Part shown: piece by piece, positions 30,552-41,304 of the stretch | Layout of the letters: each line of letters begins with the position of its first letter | How positions within the stretch are numbered: position 1 is the stretch's first letter | Assembly: GCA_963743805.1 (NCBI GenBank) | Contig: CAVUQY010000003.1 | Location: forward strand, 234,131-298,130 | DNA: 64,000 nucleotides | Direction of reading: 5' to 3' | Source of the DNA: an uncultured beta proteobacterium | Lineage (GTDB): Bacteria > Pseudomonadota > Gammaproteobacteria > Burkholderiales > SG8-39 | Made by a program: the position numbers and the translations under genes | The notes under the pieces: generated by a model | Told to the model about the DNA's origin: nothing | The model's input: the letters and a program-made list of their open reading frames with translations, nothing else | The model's database searches: none

Positions 30552-31416
30552 ATGGCGCGCATCCCCAGAAAGAAGATCCTGAAGAAGTTCCGCGACATGA
30601 TCGACGCGCGGCGTACCGATCGTCGGCGGCGGCGCCGGCACCGGCCTCTCGGCGAAGTGCGAGGAGGCGGGCGGCATCGACCTCATCGTGATCTACAACT
30701 CGGGCCGCTACCGCATGGCCGGCCGCGGCTCCCTCGCCGGACTGATGGCCTACGGCAACGCGAACGAGATCGTCGTGGAGATGGCCGCCGAGGTGCTGCC
30801 GGTGGTGAAGCACACGCCCGTGCTCGCCGGCGTCAACGGCACCGATCCGTTCGTGCTGATGCGAGCCGTTCCTGCGGCGGCTGGGCGACATGGGCTTCTC
30901 GGGGGTGCAGAACTTTCCCACCGTCGGGACTCATCGACGGCCGTTCCGCGCGAACCTCGAGGAGACCGGCATGGGCTACGGCCTCGAGGTCGACATGATC
31001 CGCAAGGCGCACGCGCTCGATCTGCTGACCACGCCCTATGTCTTCAACGCCGACGAGGCGCGCGACATGGCCCAGGCCGGCGCCGACATCATCGTGTGCC
31101 ACATGGGCCTCACCACCGGCGGCGCGATCGGCGCGGAGACCGCGCTTCACGCTCGCCGATTGCGTGCCGGTGATCGACGCGTGCGCCGAGGCCGCCCTGA
31201 AGGTGCGCAAGGACGTGATCGTGCTCTGCCACGGCGGCCCGATCGCCGATGCCCAAGGACGCCGAGTACATCCTCGCGAACTGCGCGACGTGCCACGGCT
31301 TCTACGGCGCGAGCAGCATGGAGCGGCTGCCCACCGAGGTGGCGCTGACCGAGCAGACGAGGAAGTTCAAGAGCATCAGGAGCGGCGGAGCAAAGCGCAT
31401 CCGCCGCGTCGCATAA
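30552..31416 (+). pseudogene. phosphoenolpyruvate hydrolase-like TIM-barrel protein (UPF0261 partner), frameshifted
   Basis: [19 protein letters not shown]...[33 protein letters not shown]...CHMGLTTGG... spread over three frames. Confidence 0.55.
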
Positions 31417-31429
31417 GGAGGAGAGAGCC

Positions 31430-33110
31430 ATGAGCGGAGCCACCATCGGCTGGACGATTCTCGGCGTCATCGTCGCCGCGATCGTCATCGTCGTCGTCTT
31501 CTACATCCTGTCGTGGCTGTACCGGCGCTCGACGAAGGAGGTCTCGTTCGTGCGCACCGGCTTCGGCGGGCAGAAGGTCGTGATCAACGGCGGCGCGCTC
31601 GTGCTGCCGGTGATCCACGACGTGATTCCGGTGAACATGAACACGCTGCGCCTCGAGGTGCGGCGCGGCCGCGAGTCGGCGCTGATCACCAAGAACCGGA
31701 TGCGCGTCGACGTGGTCGCCGAGTTCTACGTGCGGGTGAAGGCGACGCCCGAGGCGGTGGCCGACGCCGCCCAGACGCTCGGCTCGCGCACCATGCAGCC
31801 CGACCAGCTGCGCGAGCTGCTCGAGGGCAAGTTCGTCGACGCCCTGCGCGCCGTCGCGGCCGAGATGACGATGGAGGAGATGCACGAGAAGCGCGGCGAG
31901 TACATGAAGCGCGTGCGCGCCGCGGTGGCCGACGACCTGCTGCAAGAACGGGCTGGAGCTCGAGTCGGTCTCGCTCACCAGCCTCGACCAGACCAACATG
32001 GAGTTCTTCAACCCCTCCAACGCGTTCGACGCCGAGGGCCTCACGCAGCTCACCGAGGAGATCGAGCGCCGCAAGAAGATCCGCAACGACATCGAGCAGG
32101 ACACGATGATCCAGATCCGCAACAAGAACCTCGAGTCCGAGAAGCTCGCGCTCGACATCGACCGCGACAGCGAGTACGCGCGCCTCGCCCAGGAGCGCGA
32201 GCTCGAGGTGCGCCGCGCCGAGCAGCGCGCGGAGCTCGCTCGCGAGCGCGCCCAGCGCGACCGCGAGTCCGAGCAGGCGCGGATCGAGGCGACGCGCGAG
32301 GTGGAGCTCGCGAAGATCGACGCAGGAGCGGGCGCTCGAGGAGCAGCGCATCGCGCGCGAGCGCGAGATCCAGGGGCTCGAGATCGAGCGGCGCAAGACG
32401 CTCGAGCTCGCCGAGCAGACCCGCGCCATCGCGGTCGCCGAGAAGTCGCGCGCGCAGTCGGAGGCGCAGGCCGAGGCCGACCTCGCGCGCGCCCAGGCGG
32501 TGGCCGCGGAGGAGAAGGTGTTCACCGCGCGCGAGCTGGAGGTCGCGCGGCGCAGCAAGGAGATCGAGCTGATCGGCGCCGCGCAGGAGGTCGAGACGCG
32601 AGGCGATCCGCATCCAGCGCATGGCCGAGGCCGAGAAGCAGGCGGCCGGCGACCGGGCCGACGCGCGCGCGGCGCACGGCCGAGGGCGACTCGGAGGCCG
32701 ACAAGATCCGCGCGCTCGCGGCCAAGATCCGCTACGAGATCGACGCCGTCGGCACGCAGCAGATGAACGAGGCGCAGAACATCCTGACGCCGGAGGCGCG
32801 CCAGTCGGCGTTGCGCATGCGGCTCGTCGACAAGGTGGACGTCGATCATCCGCGAGAGCGTGAAGCCGATGGAGAAGATCGAGAGCATCCGCATCCTGCA
32901 GGTCGACGGCCTGGGCGGCGGGGGCGGCAACGGCGGCGGCAACGGCGGCGGGGCGGGGCGGCATCGCCGACAACGTCGTGAACAGCGCGCTCCGCTACCG
33001 TGCGCAGGCGCCGATCGTCGACGCGCTGCTGCAGGAGATCGGCATCGCGGGCGGCGACATCACGAAAGTCGCCGGCTCGCTCGCCGACATGGCGCAAGCC
33101 GCCGGTCGAT
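31430..33110 (+). pseudogene. SPFH/band-7 flotillin-like protein (YqiK family), frameshifted
   Basis: N-terminal TM helix plus SPFH domain, a long E/R/A-rich coiled coil, and a Gly/Asn-rich tail (GGGGGNGGGNGGG); RBS AGGAGGAG before the ATG at 31430. Confidence 0.6.
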
Positions 33111-33171
33111 CGCGAAGGGCTGACACCCGGCGCCGCATCGATCGCAACTCCGGGACAGGCACGCCTACGGC

Positions 33172-33616
33172 ATGGTCAAGGTCTACACGTCTCAGCGTGA
33201 TCGAGCGCCCGCGCGACAAGGTCTGGGGTCACGTCCGCGACTTCAACGGCCTGCCCGCGCTGGGTGCCGGCGGTCGCGGACAGCCGCATCGAGAACGGGC
33301 TGCCGGCGGACGGTCGGCTGCATCCGCAACTTCAACCTGCAAGGACGGCGGCAACGATCCGCGAGCAGCTGCTCGCGCTCTCGGACTACGAGTACAGCGT
33401 GCACCTACTCGATCCTCGACTCGCCGATGGGCGTGCACGAACTACGTCGCGACGCTCAAGCTGACGCCGGTCACCGACGGCGACCGCACCTTCGCCGAGT
33501 GGACCGCCGAGTTCGAGTGCGAGCTCGGGCGCGAGCAGACGCTCGCCGATCAGGTCGGTCAGGGCGTGTTCCAGGCGGCGTTCGACAACCTCAAGCGCCA
33601 GCTCGGCACGCGCTGA
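33172..33616 (+). pseudogene. SRPBCC (polyketide cyclase/START-like) family protein, frameshifted
   Basis: VWGHVRDFNGLPAW..., ...EYSVHLLDSPMGVH...TLKLTPVTDGDRTFAEW... Confidence 0.5.
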
Positions 33617-33619
33617 GCG

Positions 33620-34100
33620 CGCGCCTCGTCGTGCCGAAAGTCATCCGCTCCACCATCATCGACGCGCCGATCGAGGCGGTGTGGGCGGTGCTGCGCGACT
33701 TCAACGCGCCACGACCACTGGCACCCGATCGTCGCGGAGAGCCACATCGAGGACGAGCGGGCGCCCGGACGAGATCGGCGCGGTCCGCAACTTCCGGCTG
33801 CCGCAACGGCGCGCAGCTGCGCGAGCAGCTCCTCGAGCTCGACGACCGCGAGCCACTCGTTCACCTACTGCATCCTCGACTCGCCGATCCCGCTGATCGG
33901 CTACGTCGCCACAGTCACGCTCAAGCGCGTCACCGACGGCAACCGCACGTTCTGGGACTGGCGCTCGCAGTTCGCGACGCCGCCCGGCCTCGAGGCGCAG
34001 CTCGCGCGCATGGTCGGCGAGGAGGTGTACGACGGCGGGCATCGAGGCGGTCCGCGCGCTCGTCGAGGGCCGGCGCGGCGCGGCGCCCGCCGCCGCTGCG
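33620..34100 (+). pseudogene. second SRPBCC family protein (tandem paralog), frameshifted
   Basis: AVWAVLRDFNA...REQLLELDD...FTYCILDSPIPLIGYVATVTLKRVTDGNRTF. Confidence 0.5.
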
Positions 34101-34139
34101 CGCGGGCCGTCGCGCCGCGGCCCGGCCGCGCGACGATGG

Positions 34140-35118
34140 CCGGGCCAGGCCATCGTGATCGCGCGGCACGGCGGGCCCGAGACGCTCGCGATGGCGCGCG
34201 TCTCGGCCGCCGCGCCCGGGCCGGGCGAGGTGCGGCTGCGCCACACCGCCATCGGCGTGAACTACATCGACGTGTACGTGCGCACCGGGTCCTATCCGCT
34301 GCTGACCCCGCCGGGCACGCCCGGCATGGAGGCGGCCGGGCAGGTGATCGACGTCGGCGAGGGCGTCGTCGGCATCCTCCCCGGCGATCGCGTCGCCTAC
34401 GCGTGCCCGCCGGTCGGCGCCTACGCGCAGGTGCGCACGATGAAGGCCGATCAGCTCGTCGTGCTGCCGCCCGCACGTCGAGCGACGAGACGGCGGCGGC
34501 GGTGATGCTCAAGGGCATGACGCGCCGAGTACCTGCTCCGCCGCACGGTGCGCGTCCGCCGCGGCGACACGGTCCTCGTGCACTCGGCCGCGGGCGGCGT
34601 CGGGCTGCTCCTCTGCCAGTGGGCGAAGCACCTCGGCGCCACGGTGATCGGCACCGTGTCGACCGACGAGAAGGCGCGCATCGCGCGCGCCAACGGCTGC
34701 GACTACCCGATCGTGTACACCGCGGACGACTTCGTTGCCCGGGTGAAGGAGATCACCGGCGGCAGGGGCGCACGCGTCGTCTACGACGCGGTCGGCAAGG
34801 ACACCTTTGCCAGGTCGATCGAGGCGCTCGCGCCGTGCGGCCACCTCGCGAGCTACGGGCAGGCCTCCGGCGGAATCGATCCGATCGATCCGGAGGTGCT
34901 CGCCGCGAAGTCGACGACGCTGTCGCGGCCGGTGCTGTTCCACTACACTGCCGACCCGCGAGGACCTGCGCTCGATCGCGGGCAGCGTATTCGACATGCT
35001 CGAACGTGGCGCGCTCAGGGTCGCGATCAACCAGCGTTATGCGCTCGCCGACGCCGCGCAGGCGCACCGTGACCTCGAGTCGCGGCGCACGACCGGCGCG
35101 TCGATCCTGGTTCCATGA
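34140..35118 (+). pseudogene. qor: NADPH:quinone oxidoreductase (zeta-crystallin/Qor family), frameshifted
   Basis: GVNYIDVYVRTGSYP, GMEAAGQVIDVGEGV, VLVHSAAGGVGL Rossmann motif, ...[21 protein letters not shown]. Confidence 0.65.
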
Positions 35119-35138
35119 TTGCTGCGGAGGAGAGGCTC

Positions 35139-36114
35139 ATGACAACGACGCTTCGCTACCTCGCCGCGCTCGCCGCCACGTGCCTCCTCGCCGCGGCTGC
35201 GCACGCCCAGACCTGGCCGGTGAAGCCGATCCGCTGGATCGTCCCCTATCCGCCCGGCGGCATCACCGATACGGTCACGCGGCTCGTGACGCAGCGCGTG
35301 AGCGAGGCCCTCGGCCAGCCGATCGTCGTCGAGAACCGCCCCGGCGCGAACTCGATCCTCGGCGCCGATCTCTGCCGCGAAGGCGGCGCCCGACGGCTAC
35401 ACGTTCCTGACCGTCATCGCGGCGCACGCCGCCAATGCGACCCTCTACGCGGGCAAGCTGCCGTTCGATCCGGTCAAGAGCTTCGCGCCGGTCTCGCTCG
35501 CCGCGAGCGCCCCGCTGATCCTCACCGCGAGCAATGCGTTTCCGGCGAAGGACATGCGCGAGCTGATCGCCTATGCGAAGGCGAACCCGGGAAAAATCTC
35601 GTTCGGCTCGAGCGGGATTGGCGCCGCCGCGCACCTCACGACCGAGCTGCTCAAGCAGACCGCAGGCATCGACATGGTGCACGTGCCGTACAAGGGCACC
35701 GCGCCGGCACTGCAGGGCGTCATGGCGAACGACATCCAGATCCTCGTCGACGTGCCGAGCTCGATGATGCCGCACGTGCGCTCGGGCAAGATCAAGGCGC
35801 TCGGGATGTTCTCGAAGGCGCGCATAGGCGGCGCGCCGGAAGTGCCGACCGTCGCCGAGGCCGGTGGCCCGCCGATCGAGTCGGCGACCTGGGTTGCGTT
35901 TCTCGCGCCGACGGGTACGCCGCGCGATATCGTCGGTCGGGTCGCTCAGGAAGTCGCCAAAGCGGTGAGCACACCCGACCTCCGCGACAAGCTCGTGCAG
36001 ATCGGCATCGAGCCGGTCGGGAACACGCCCGATCAGCTCGCGCAGTTCATCAACGACGAGATCGCGCGGTGGGCGAAAGTCATCAACACGGCTGGAGTGA
36101 AGGCGGAGCAGTGA
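35139..36114 (+). pseudogene. tripartite tricarboxylate transporter substrate-binding protein (Bug/TctC family), frameshift near 35390
   Basis: Signal peptide; [16 protein letters not shown]; the second frame continues ...[28 protein letters not shown]... Confidence 0.65.
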
Positions 36115-36250
36115 CGCCGCCGGGCGCCGTGGTCGCGCCCGTCTGATCTGGAAGCCGCCGCCGGCTGCGCTCGACCCGGCGCGGCCGCGGTCGTCGATCC
36201 GCTGCGGTGTAGACTCCGCCGCGTTTTCCACCTCGTATTGAAGCCAATCC

Positions 36251-37729
36251 ATGAATGAAGCCGCAGCCCGGGAAGTCGCGCTCGTGCGCGCGGTCGAATC
36301 GACCGAAGCCGGCCGCGCGCTCTGGAGCGACGAGGACCGGGCGTGGGCGAGCCGCGCCGCCGCGGAGGTGGTCGGCGCGGGCGCGCCGCTCGAGCGTTTC
36401 GTCGCCCGCCGCGCGTCGCTCGCGATCGAGCGGCTCGCGGGCGCGCATGCCGCGATCGGTCGAGCGCTGCGCACGGCGACCTGGCGCCCGTGGGTCGGGA
36501 CGGTTCTGGTCCTCGCCGCGCTCGCCGCGGGCTTTGCGGTCGATCGGATCGGCCCGCCGCAGCGGGTCAACGTGCTGGCCTTCCCGCTGCTCGCGGTGCT
36601 CGCATGGAATCTCCTCGTCTACGCCGCGATCGTCCTGCATGGCACGTGGGGCGCCTTGCGCCGCAACGGCCAAACGCTCGGTCCGATCGCCGGTGTGGTC
36701 GCGCGTCTGGCACGCGGCGTGCCGGCGCTCGCCGACGCCGCGAGCGACGCGCGGGTCGGCGGCGTGCTCGCCGCGTTCGCGCAGGAATGGACGCGCGCCG
36801 CCTCCCGCTTGCACGCCGCGCGCATCGCGAGCGTCCTGCACCGGAGCGCGTTCGCGTTCGCGCTGGGCGCGATCGTCGGTTTGTACGTGCGCGGGCTGGT
36901 GCTCGAGTATCGCGCCGGGTGGGAGAGCACGTTCCTCGACGCGGAGGCGGTGCGGGCCATCCTCGGCCTGGTGCTCGGGCCCGCCGCCCTGCTGACCGGG
37001 ATCGAGTTGCCCGACGCGGCCCGGCTCGACGCGATGCGGTTCGGCGCCGGCGGCACCGGCGAGAACGCCGCGCCGTGGATTCATCTCTACGCGGTGACCA
37101 TCGCGCTCGTCGTGCTCCTGCCGCGCGCGCTGCTCGCTTCCGGCACTTCGTGGTCGGCGCGCCGGCTCGCCCGCAACCTCCCGATGCCGCTCGACGACGT
37201 GTACTTCCAGCGGCTGGCGCGCCAGATTTCCGGCGACACGGCGCGGGTCCGCGTGATTCCCTACGGCTACCAGCTCTCGCCGCAGGCCACGCTCGGCCTG
37301 GAAGCCGCGCTCCGGCGCGTGTTCGGGCCGCGCGCGGAGGTCTCGATCGCGCCAGGCGTGGAGTGGGGCGGCGAGGATGCCATGCCGGACGGCCTGATCC
37401 CGAAGGCGCCGCTCGCACTAGCGGTGGCGCTGTTCAACTTCTCCGCCACGCCCGAGCCCGAGAATCACGGCGCGTTCCTCGCCGCGCTCGCCGTCGCGCT
37501 CGGCGGCGGCGGCCCGCTCGTCGCGCTTGCCGACGAGTCCGGGTTTCGCGCGCGGTTTCCGGCCGAGTCCGTGCGGATCGTGAAGCGGCGCGAAGGCTGG
37601 CGCGCGCTCGCCGAGGCGCAGGGCGTCGCGCTGGTGTTCGCCGATCTGGAGCATCCCGAGTTCCCGGTCATCGAGGGCGACCTCAACGCCGCGATCGACC
37701 GCGCGCTCCGGTCGGCGAGCGTTCGGTGA
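36251..37729 (+). CDS. DUF2868 domain membrane protein
   Basis: 492 aa with several TM helices; translationally coupled (GTGA overlap) to the downstream DUF3482 GTPase. Confidence 0.6.
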   Translation: MNEAAAREVALVRAVESTEAGRALWSDEDRAWASRAAAEVVGAGAPLERFVARRASLAIERLAGAHAAIGRALRTATWRPWVGTVLVLAALAAGFAVDRIGPPQRVNVLAFPLLAVLAWNLLVYAAIVLHGTWGALRRNGQTLGPIAGVVARLARGVPALADAASDARVGGVLAAFAQEWTRAASRLHAARIASVLHRSAFAFALGAIVGLYVRGLVLEYRAGWESTFLDAEAVRAILGLVLGPAALLTGIELPDAARLDAMRFGAGGTGENAAPWIHLYAVTIALVVLLPRALLASGTSWSARRLARNLPMPLDDVYFQRLARQISGDTARVRVIPYGYQLSPQATLGLEAALRRVFGPRAEVSIAPGVEWGGEDAMPDGLIPKAPLALAVALFNFSATPEPENHGAFLAALAVALGGGGPLVALADESGFRARFPAESVRIVKRREGWRALAEAQGVALVFADLEHPEFPVIEGDLNAAIDRALRSASVR

Positions 37730-39207
37730 ACGACGCTGCGCGAATCCAGCTGAGCCTCATCTCCCACACCAACGTGGGCAAGACGACGCTCGCGCGCACG
37801 CTGCTCGGGCGCACGCTGGGCGAGGTCCGCGACGCCCCGCACGTCACGGCCGTGGCCGAAGCGCAGACCATGATCGAGACGCCGGAGGGCGACGCGCTGG
37901 CGCTGTGGGACACCCCCGGCTTCGGCGACAGCGTGCGCCTGGCGAAGCGCCTGCGGCAGTCGGGCAACCCGATCGGCTGGTTCATGTCGCAGGTCTGGGA
38001 TCGCTGGCGCGATCGCCCCTTCTGGTCGAGCCAGGAGGCGGTGCGCAACGTGCGCGACCAGGCGGACATCGTGCTCTACCTCGTCAACGCCGCGGAGAAC
38101 CCGGGCGACGCGGGATACGTCGCGCCGGAGATGCAGATTCTGGAGTGGGTCGGCAAGCCCGCGATCGTCCTGCTGAACCAGGTCGGCGCGCCGCGACCGC
38201 GCGCCGACGAGGCGGCGGAGGAGGCGCGCTGGCGTGCGCACCTCGGCGGGTACCGGATCGTGCGCGCCGTCCTCACGCTCGATGCGTTCGCGCGGTGCTG
38301 GGTGCAGGAGTTCACCCTCCTCGCGGCGGTCGCGGAAGCGCTTCCTGGCGAGAAGCGCCCGGCATTCGACCGCCTGCGCGCGGCCTGGCGCGCGCGGCGC
38401 ATGGCGAGCTTCGATGCCGCGATGGGGCAGCTCGCGGCGCAGCTGGCCCGCGCCGCCTGCGATCGCGAGCCGGTCGCCGACCGCGGGGTGCGCGCCACGC
38501 TGCGGGAAGTCGGCGTGGCGCTCGGCCTCGGGCGCGAGGGCGAGCCCACCGCCAAGGAGCTCGCGATGCAACGGCTCGCCGAGCGGGTCGACGCGGACGT
38601 GCGCGCAACGACCGATCATCTCATCGAGATCCACGAGCTCGAAGGACGCGCTGCGGCGGAAGTGCTCGCGCGGCTCGCCGAGGACTTCGCGGTGCAGACC
38701 CGCGCGAGCGAAGGCAAGGCGGCGGTCCTCGGCGGGCTGGTCACCGGCGCGCTCACCGGACTCAAGGCGGATCTCGCGACCGGCGGGCTGACCTTCGGCG
38801 CGGGGCTCCTCGTCGGCGGCGTGCTCGGTGCGCTGGGCGCCGCCGGCATCGCGCGCGGCTACAACCTCGTCAGCGGCGCGAAGGAGACGGCAGTCCGCTG
38901 GAGCGACGAGTTTCTCGAGGGGTTCTTCGCGTCCGCGCTCCTGCGCTACCTCGCGGTCGCCCACTACGGCCGGGGCCGGGGCGAGTGGTCGCAGAGCGAG
39001 CACCCGGCGTTCTGGAAGGATGCCGTCGGCGAGACCGTGATCCGGCACCACGACGCGTTGCAGACCGTCTGGGCGGAGCGGAGCGGGGACTGCGACCCCG
39101 CGCGACTGGGCGTCGCGCTGCGTGGCGAGCTCGCCGCCGCGGCGCTGGATCTGCTCGCGCGGCTCTATCCGGACGCTGCGCCCGCATTGCGCGGATCAGC
39201 GCCCTAG
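37726..39207 (+). CDS. GTPase with C-terminal DUF3482 domain
   Basis: G1 SHTNVGKTT and G3 DTPGFGD motifs; hydrophobic Gly-rich C-terminal segments. Confidence 0.65.
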   Translation: MNDAARIQLSLISHTNVGKTTLARTLLGRTLGEVRDAPHVTAVAEAQTMIETPEGDALALWDTPGFGDSVRLAKRLRQSGNPIGWFMSQVWDRWRDRPFWSSQEAVRNVRDQADIVLYLVNAAENPGDAGYVAPEMQILEWVGKPAIVLLNQVGAPRPRADEAAEEARWRAHLGGYRIVRAVLTLDAFARCWVQEFTLLAAVAEALPGEKRPAFDRLRAAWRARRMASFDAAMGQLAAQLARAACDREPVADRGVRATLREVGVALGLGREGEPTAKELAMQRLAERVDADVRATTDHLIEIHELEGRAAAEVLARLAEDFAVQTRASEGKAAVLGGLVTGALTGLKADLATGGLTFGAGLLVGGVLGALGAAGIARGYNLVSGAKETAVRWSDEFLEGFFASALLRYLAVAHYGRGRGEWSQSEHPAFWKDAVGETVIRHHDALQTVWAERSGDCDPARLGVALRGELAAAALDLLARLYPDAAPALRGSAP

Positions 39208-40464
39208 CGTCCTAGCGCCCGAGCGTCACCTCGAAACAGCTCCCGCCGCCGTCGCGCGGCGTGCAGCGCGCGTCGCCGCCGTGCTTGCGCGCGATCTGAC
39301 GCACGAGCGCAAGGCCGAGGCCCACACCGCCCTCGGGTTCGCGCGTTCCGGCGGGACGGTAGAACGGCTCGAAGATCCGCTCGCGCTCGGTCGCCGGCAC
39401 GCCCGGGCCGCGGTCGCAAACGCGCAGCACTGCAGGCCCGGCCCCGCCCGAGAGCGTCACCTCGATCGGCGTGTCCGCGCCGTAGCGGCGCGCATTCTCC
39501 AGCAGGTTGCGGAGGAGGCGCCGCAGCAGGCGCGGATCGCCCCGCACGGCGACCGACGCGCCGTCGAGCGCCGCATCCATGCGCGCGCACTCCTCGGCCG
39601 CGAGCGCGAGGAGGTCCACCTCCTCGCGCATTTCCAGGTCCGTTACCGCATCGAGCCGGCTGGCCACGAGAATCTCGTCGACGAGCGCGTCGAGCTCCGC
39701 GATGTCGCGCTCGAGCTCGCGCGCGCAATGCCGGCTTCGCCTCGCGCTTCAGCAGCTCGGTCGCCATGCGGATGCGCGCGAGCGGCGAGCGCAGCTCGTG
39801 CGAGGCATTCGCCAGCAGCGTCTTGTGCGCGCCCACGAGGCCCTCGATGCGCTCGGCCGAGCGGTTGAAGCTCGCCGCGAGCGCGGCGACTTCGTCCCTG
39901 CCCTCGACTTTCACGCGCGCGGTGAAATCGCCGCTGCCCAGCGCATCGACGCTGGAACGCAGCCGCTCGAGACGGCGCGTCGCCCCGCGCACCACCGGAT
40001 ACGCGCCGACGGCGACCGCGAGCGCGATCAGTCCGAGCGTGAAGAACAGGCTCCATGGCGCCAGCGGCGGCCGCTCGCGCCGCGGCAGGCGCGCCGCCAG
40101 CCAGCGGCCGTCCGGCAGCTCGAGCGTCCAGATGCGCCCCGGGTGCCACGGGCCGCTGAAGCGGCGTCGGCCCTCGCGCGGGGCGAGCAGGTCCGGCCCG
40201 ACCTGCGCGATCCGCGCGCCGTCGGGCGCGTACAGCGCGATGTTGATCCGGCCGTGCGCCGAGAGCCGGTCGAGCGCCGCCTGCTGCGCCGCGAGCGGCG
40301 CCGTCGCGCGGCGGCAGCGCGCCCTGCGCGACCTCGGCCGCGAGGTCGAGGCCGGGCGGGGGCGAGGCGGTGACGAGCTCGCGCCACAGGAAGCCGGCGA
40401 CGAGCACGAACACGACCAGGCTCGCGACGACCGTGAGGTAGAGCTTGAGATAGAGGTGGCGCAT
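39204..40464 (-). pseudogene. two-component sensor histidine kinase, 2-3 apparent frameshifts
   Basis: N-terminal TM (MRHLYLKLYLTVVASL), HAMP, H-box ASHELRSPLARI and HATPase_c are split across three frames. Confidence 0.65.
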
Positions 40465-41159
40465 CAGCCCTCGTCCTGCAGCTTGGCGAAGACGTAGCCT
40501 GCGCCGCGGACGGTGATGATCCGGCGCGGCTTCTTCGGGTCCTCCTCGATCGCAGCGCGGATGCGCGAGACGTGCACGTCGATCGAGCGGTCGAAGGCCT
40601 CGAGCGCCGCGCCTTTCACCAGGTCCATCAGCGTCTCGCGCGACAGCACCTTGCCGGCGTGCTCGGCCATGGCGACGAGCAGCTCGAACTGATAGCTCGT
40701 CAGCGCGCGCTCCGCGCCGTCGACGCGCACGCTGCGCGCGTCGCGGTCGATTTCGAGCCGGCCGAAGCGCAGCGTTCCGGCACGCTTGTCGGACGGGCCG
40801 CGGCGGCGCAGGATCGCGCGCAGCCGCGCGAGCAGCTCGCGCGGCTCGAACGGCTTGGGCAGGTAGTCGTCCGCGCCGAGCTCGAGCCCGACGATGCGGT
40901 CGGTCGGCTCGCCGCGCGCGGTGAGCATCAGGATCGGCACGTCGGAGGACGCGCGCACGCGCCGGCACACCTCGAAGCCGTCGAGGTCGGGCAGCATCAC
41001 GTCCAGCACCAGCGCGTCCCACGGCTCGCGCGCGAGCGCCGCGAGGCCGTCCGCGGCGGTCTCGCGCACGCTGACGCGAAAGCCGGACTCGGCGAGGTAT
41101 TCGCGCACCATGCCGCCGAGCCGCGCGTCGTCCTCGATCATCAGGATGCGGTCGGTCAC
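40464..41159 (-). CDS. OmpR-family response regulator
   Basis: Receiver domain (DALVLDVMLPDLDG) plus a winged-helix trans_reg_C domain. Confidence 0.9.
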   Translation of the reverse strand: MTDRILMIEDDARLGGMVREYLAESGFRVSVRETAADGLAALAREPWDALVLDVMLPDLDGFEVCRRVRASSDVPILMLTARGEPTDRIVGLELGADDYLPKPFEPRELLARLRAILRRRGPSDKRAGTLRFGRLEIDRDARSVRVDGAERALTSYQFELLVAMAEHAGKVLSRETLMDLVKGAALEAFDRSIDVHVSRIRAAIEEDPKKPRRIITVRGAGYVFAKLQDEG

Positions 41160-41304
41160 CGGTGCGTGCGCATGGGAGCGAGGGGCGAAGTGTAGCCGCC
41201 CCGCGGGCGGGAAAGACCGCGCCGCGGCCCCGAGGAGGAGCGGGCCGCGGCGCGGGGAGACGCCGGGTGCAGGGGGAGCGCACCCGGCGGACTGCGCGGT
41301 GCGC

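Noticed and set aside
22579-36114. Programmed ribosomal frameshifting or selenocysteine recoding as the explanation for the split ORFs
   Set aside because: The shifts occur at dozens of unrelated sites without slippery heptamers or downstream pseudoknots. Both +1 and -1 directions occur, and they appear in unrelated genes including ruvB and ruvC. Random indel error or decay is far more parsimonious.
36343-39207. 954-aa ORF spanning DUF2868 and DUF3482 in an alternative frame
   Set aside because: It is an Arg/Ala/Gly-rich low-complexity translation typical of off-frame reading of 70% GC DNA. The real genes are the two in-frame ORFs 36251..37729 and 37726..39207; only the last third of the long ORF coincides with the GTPase frame.
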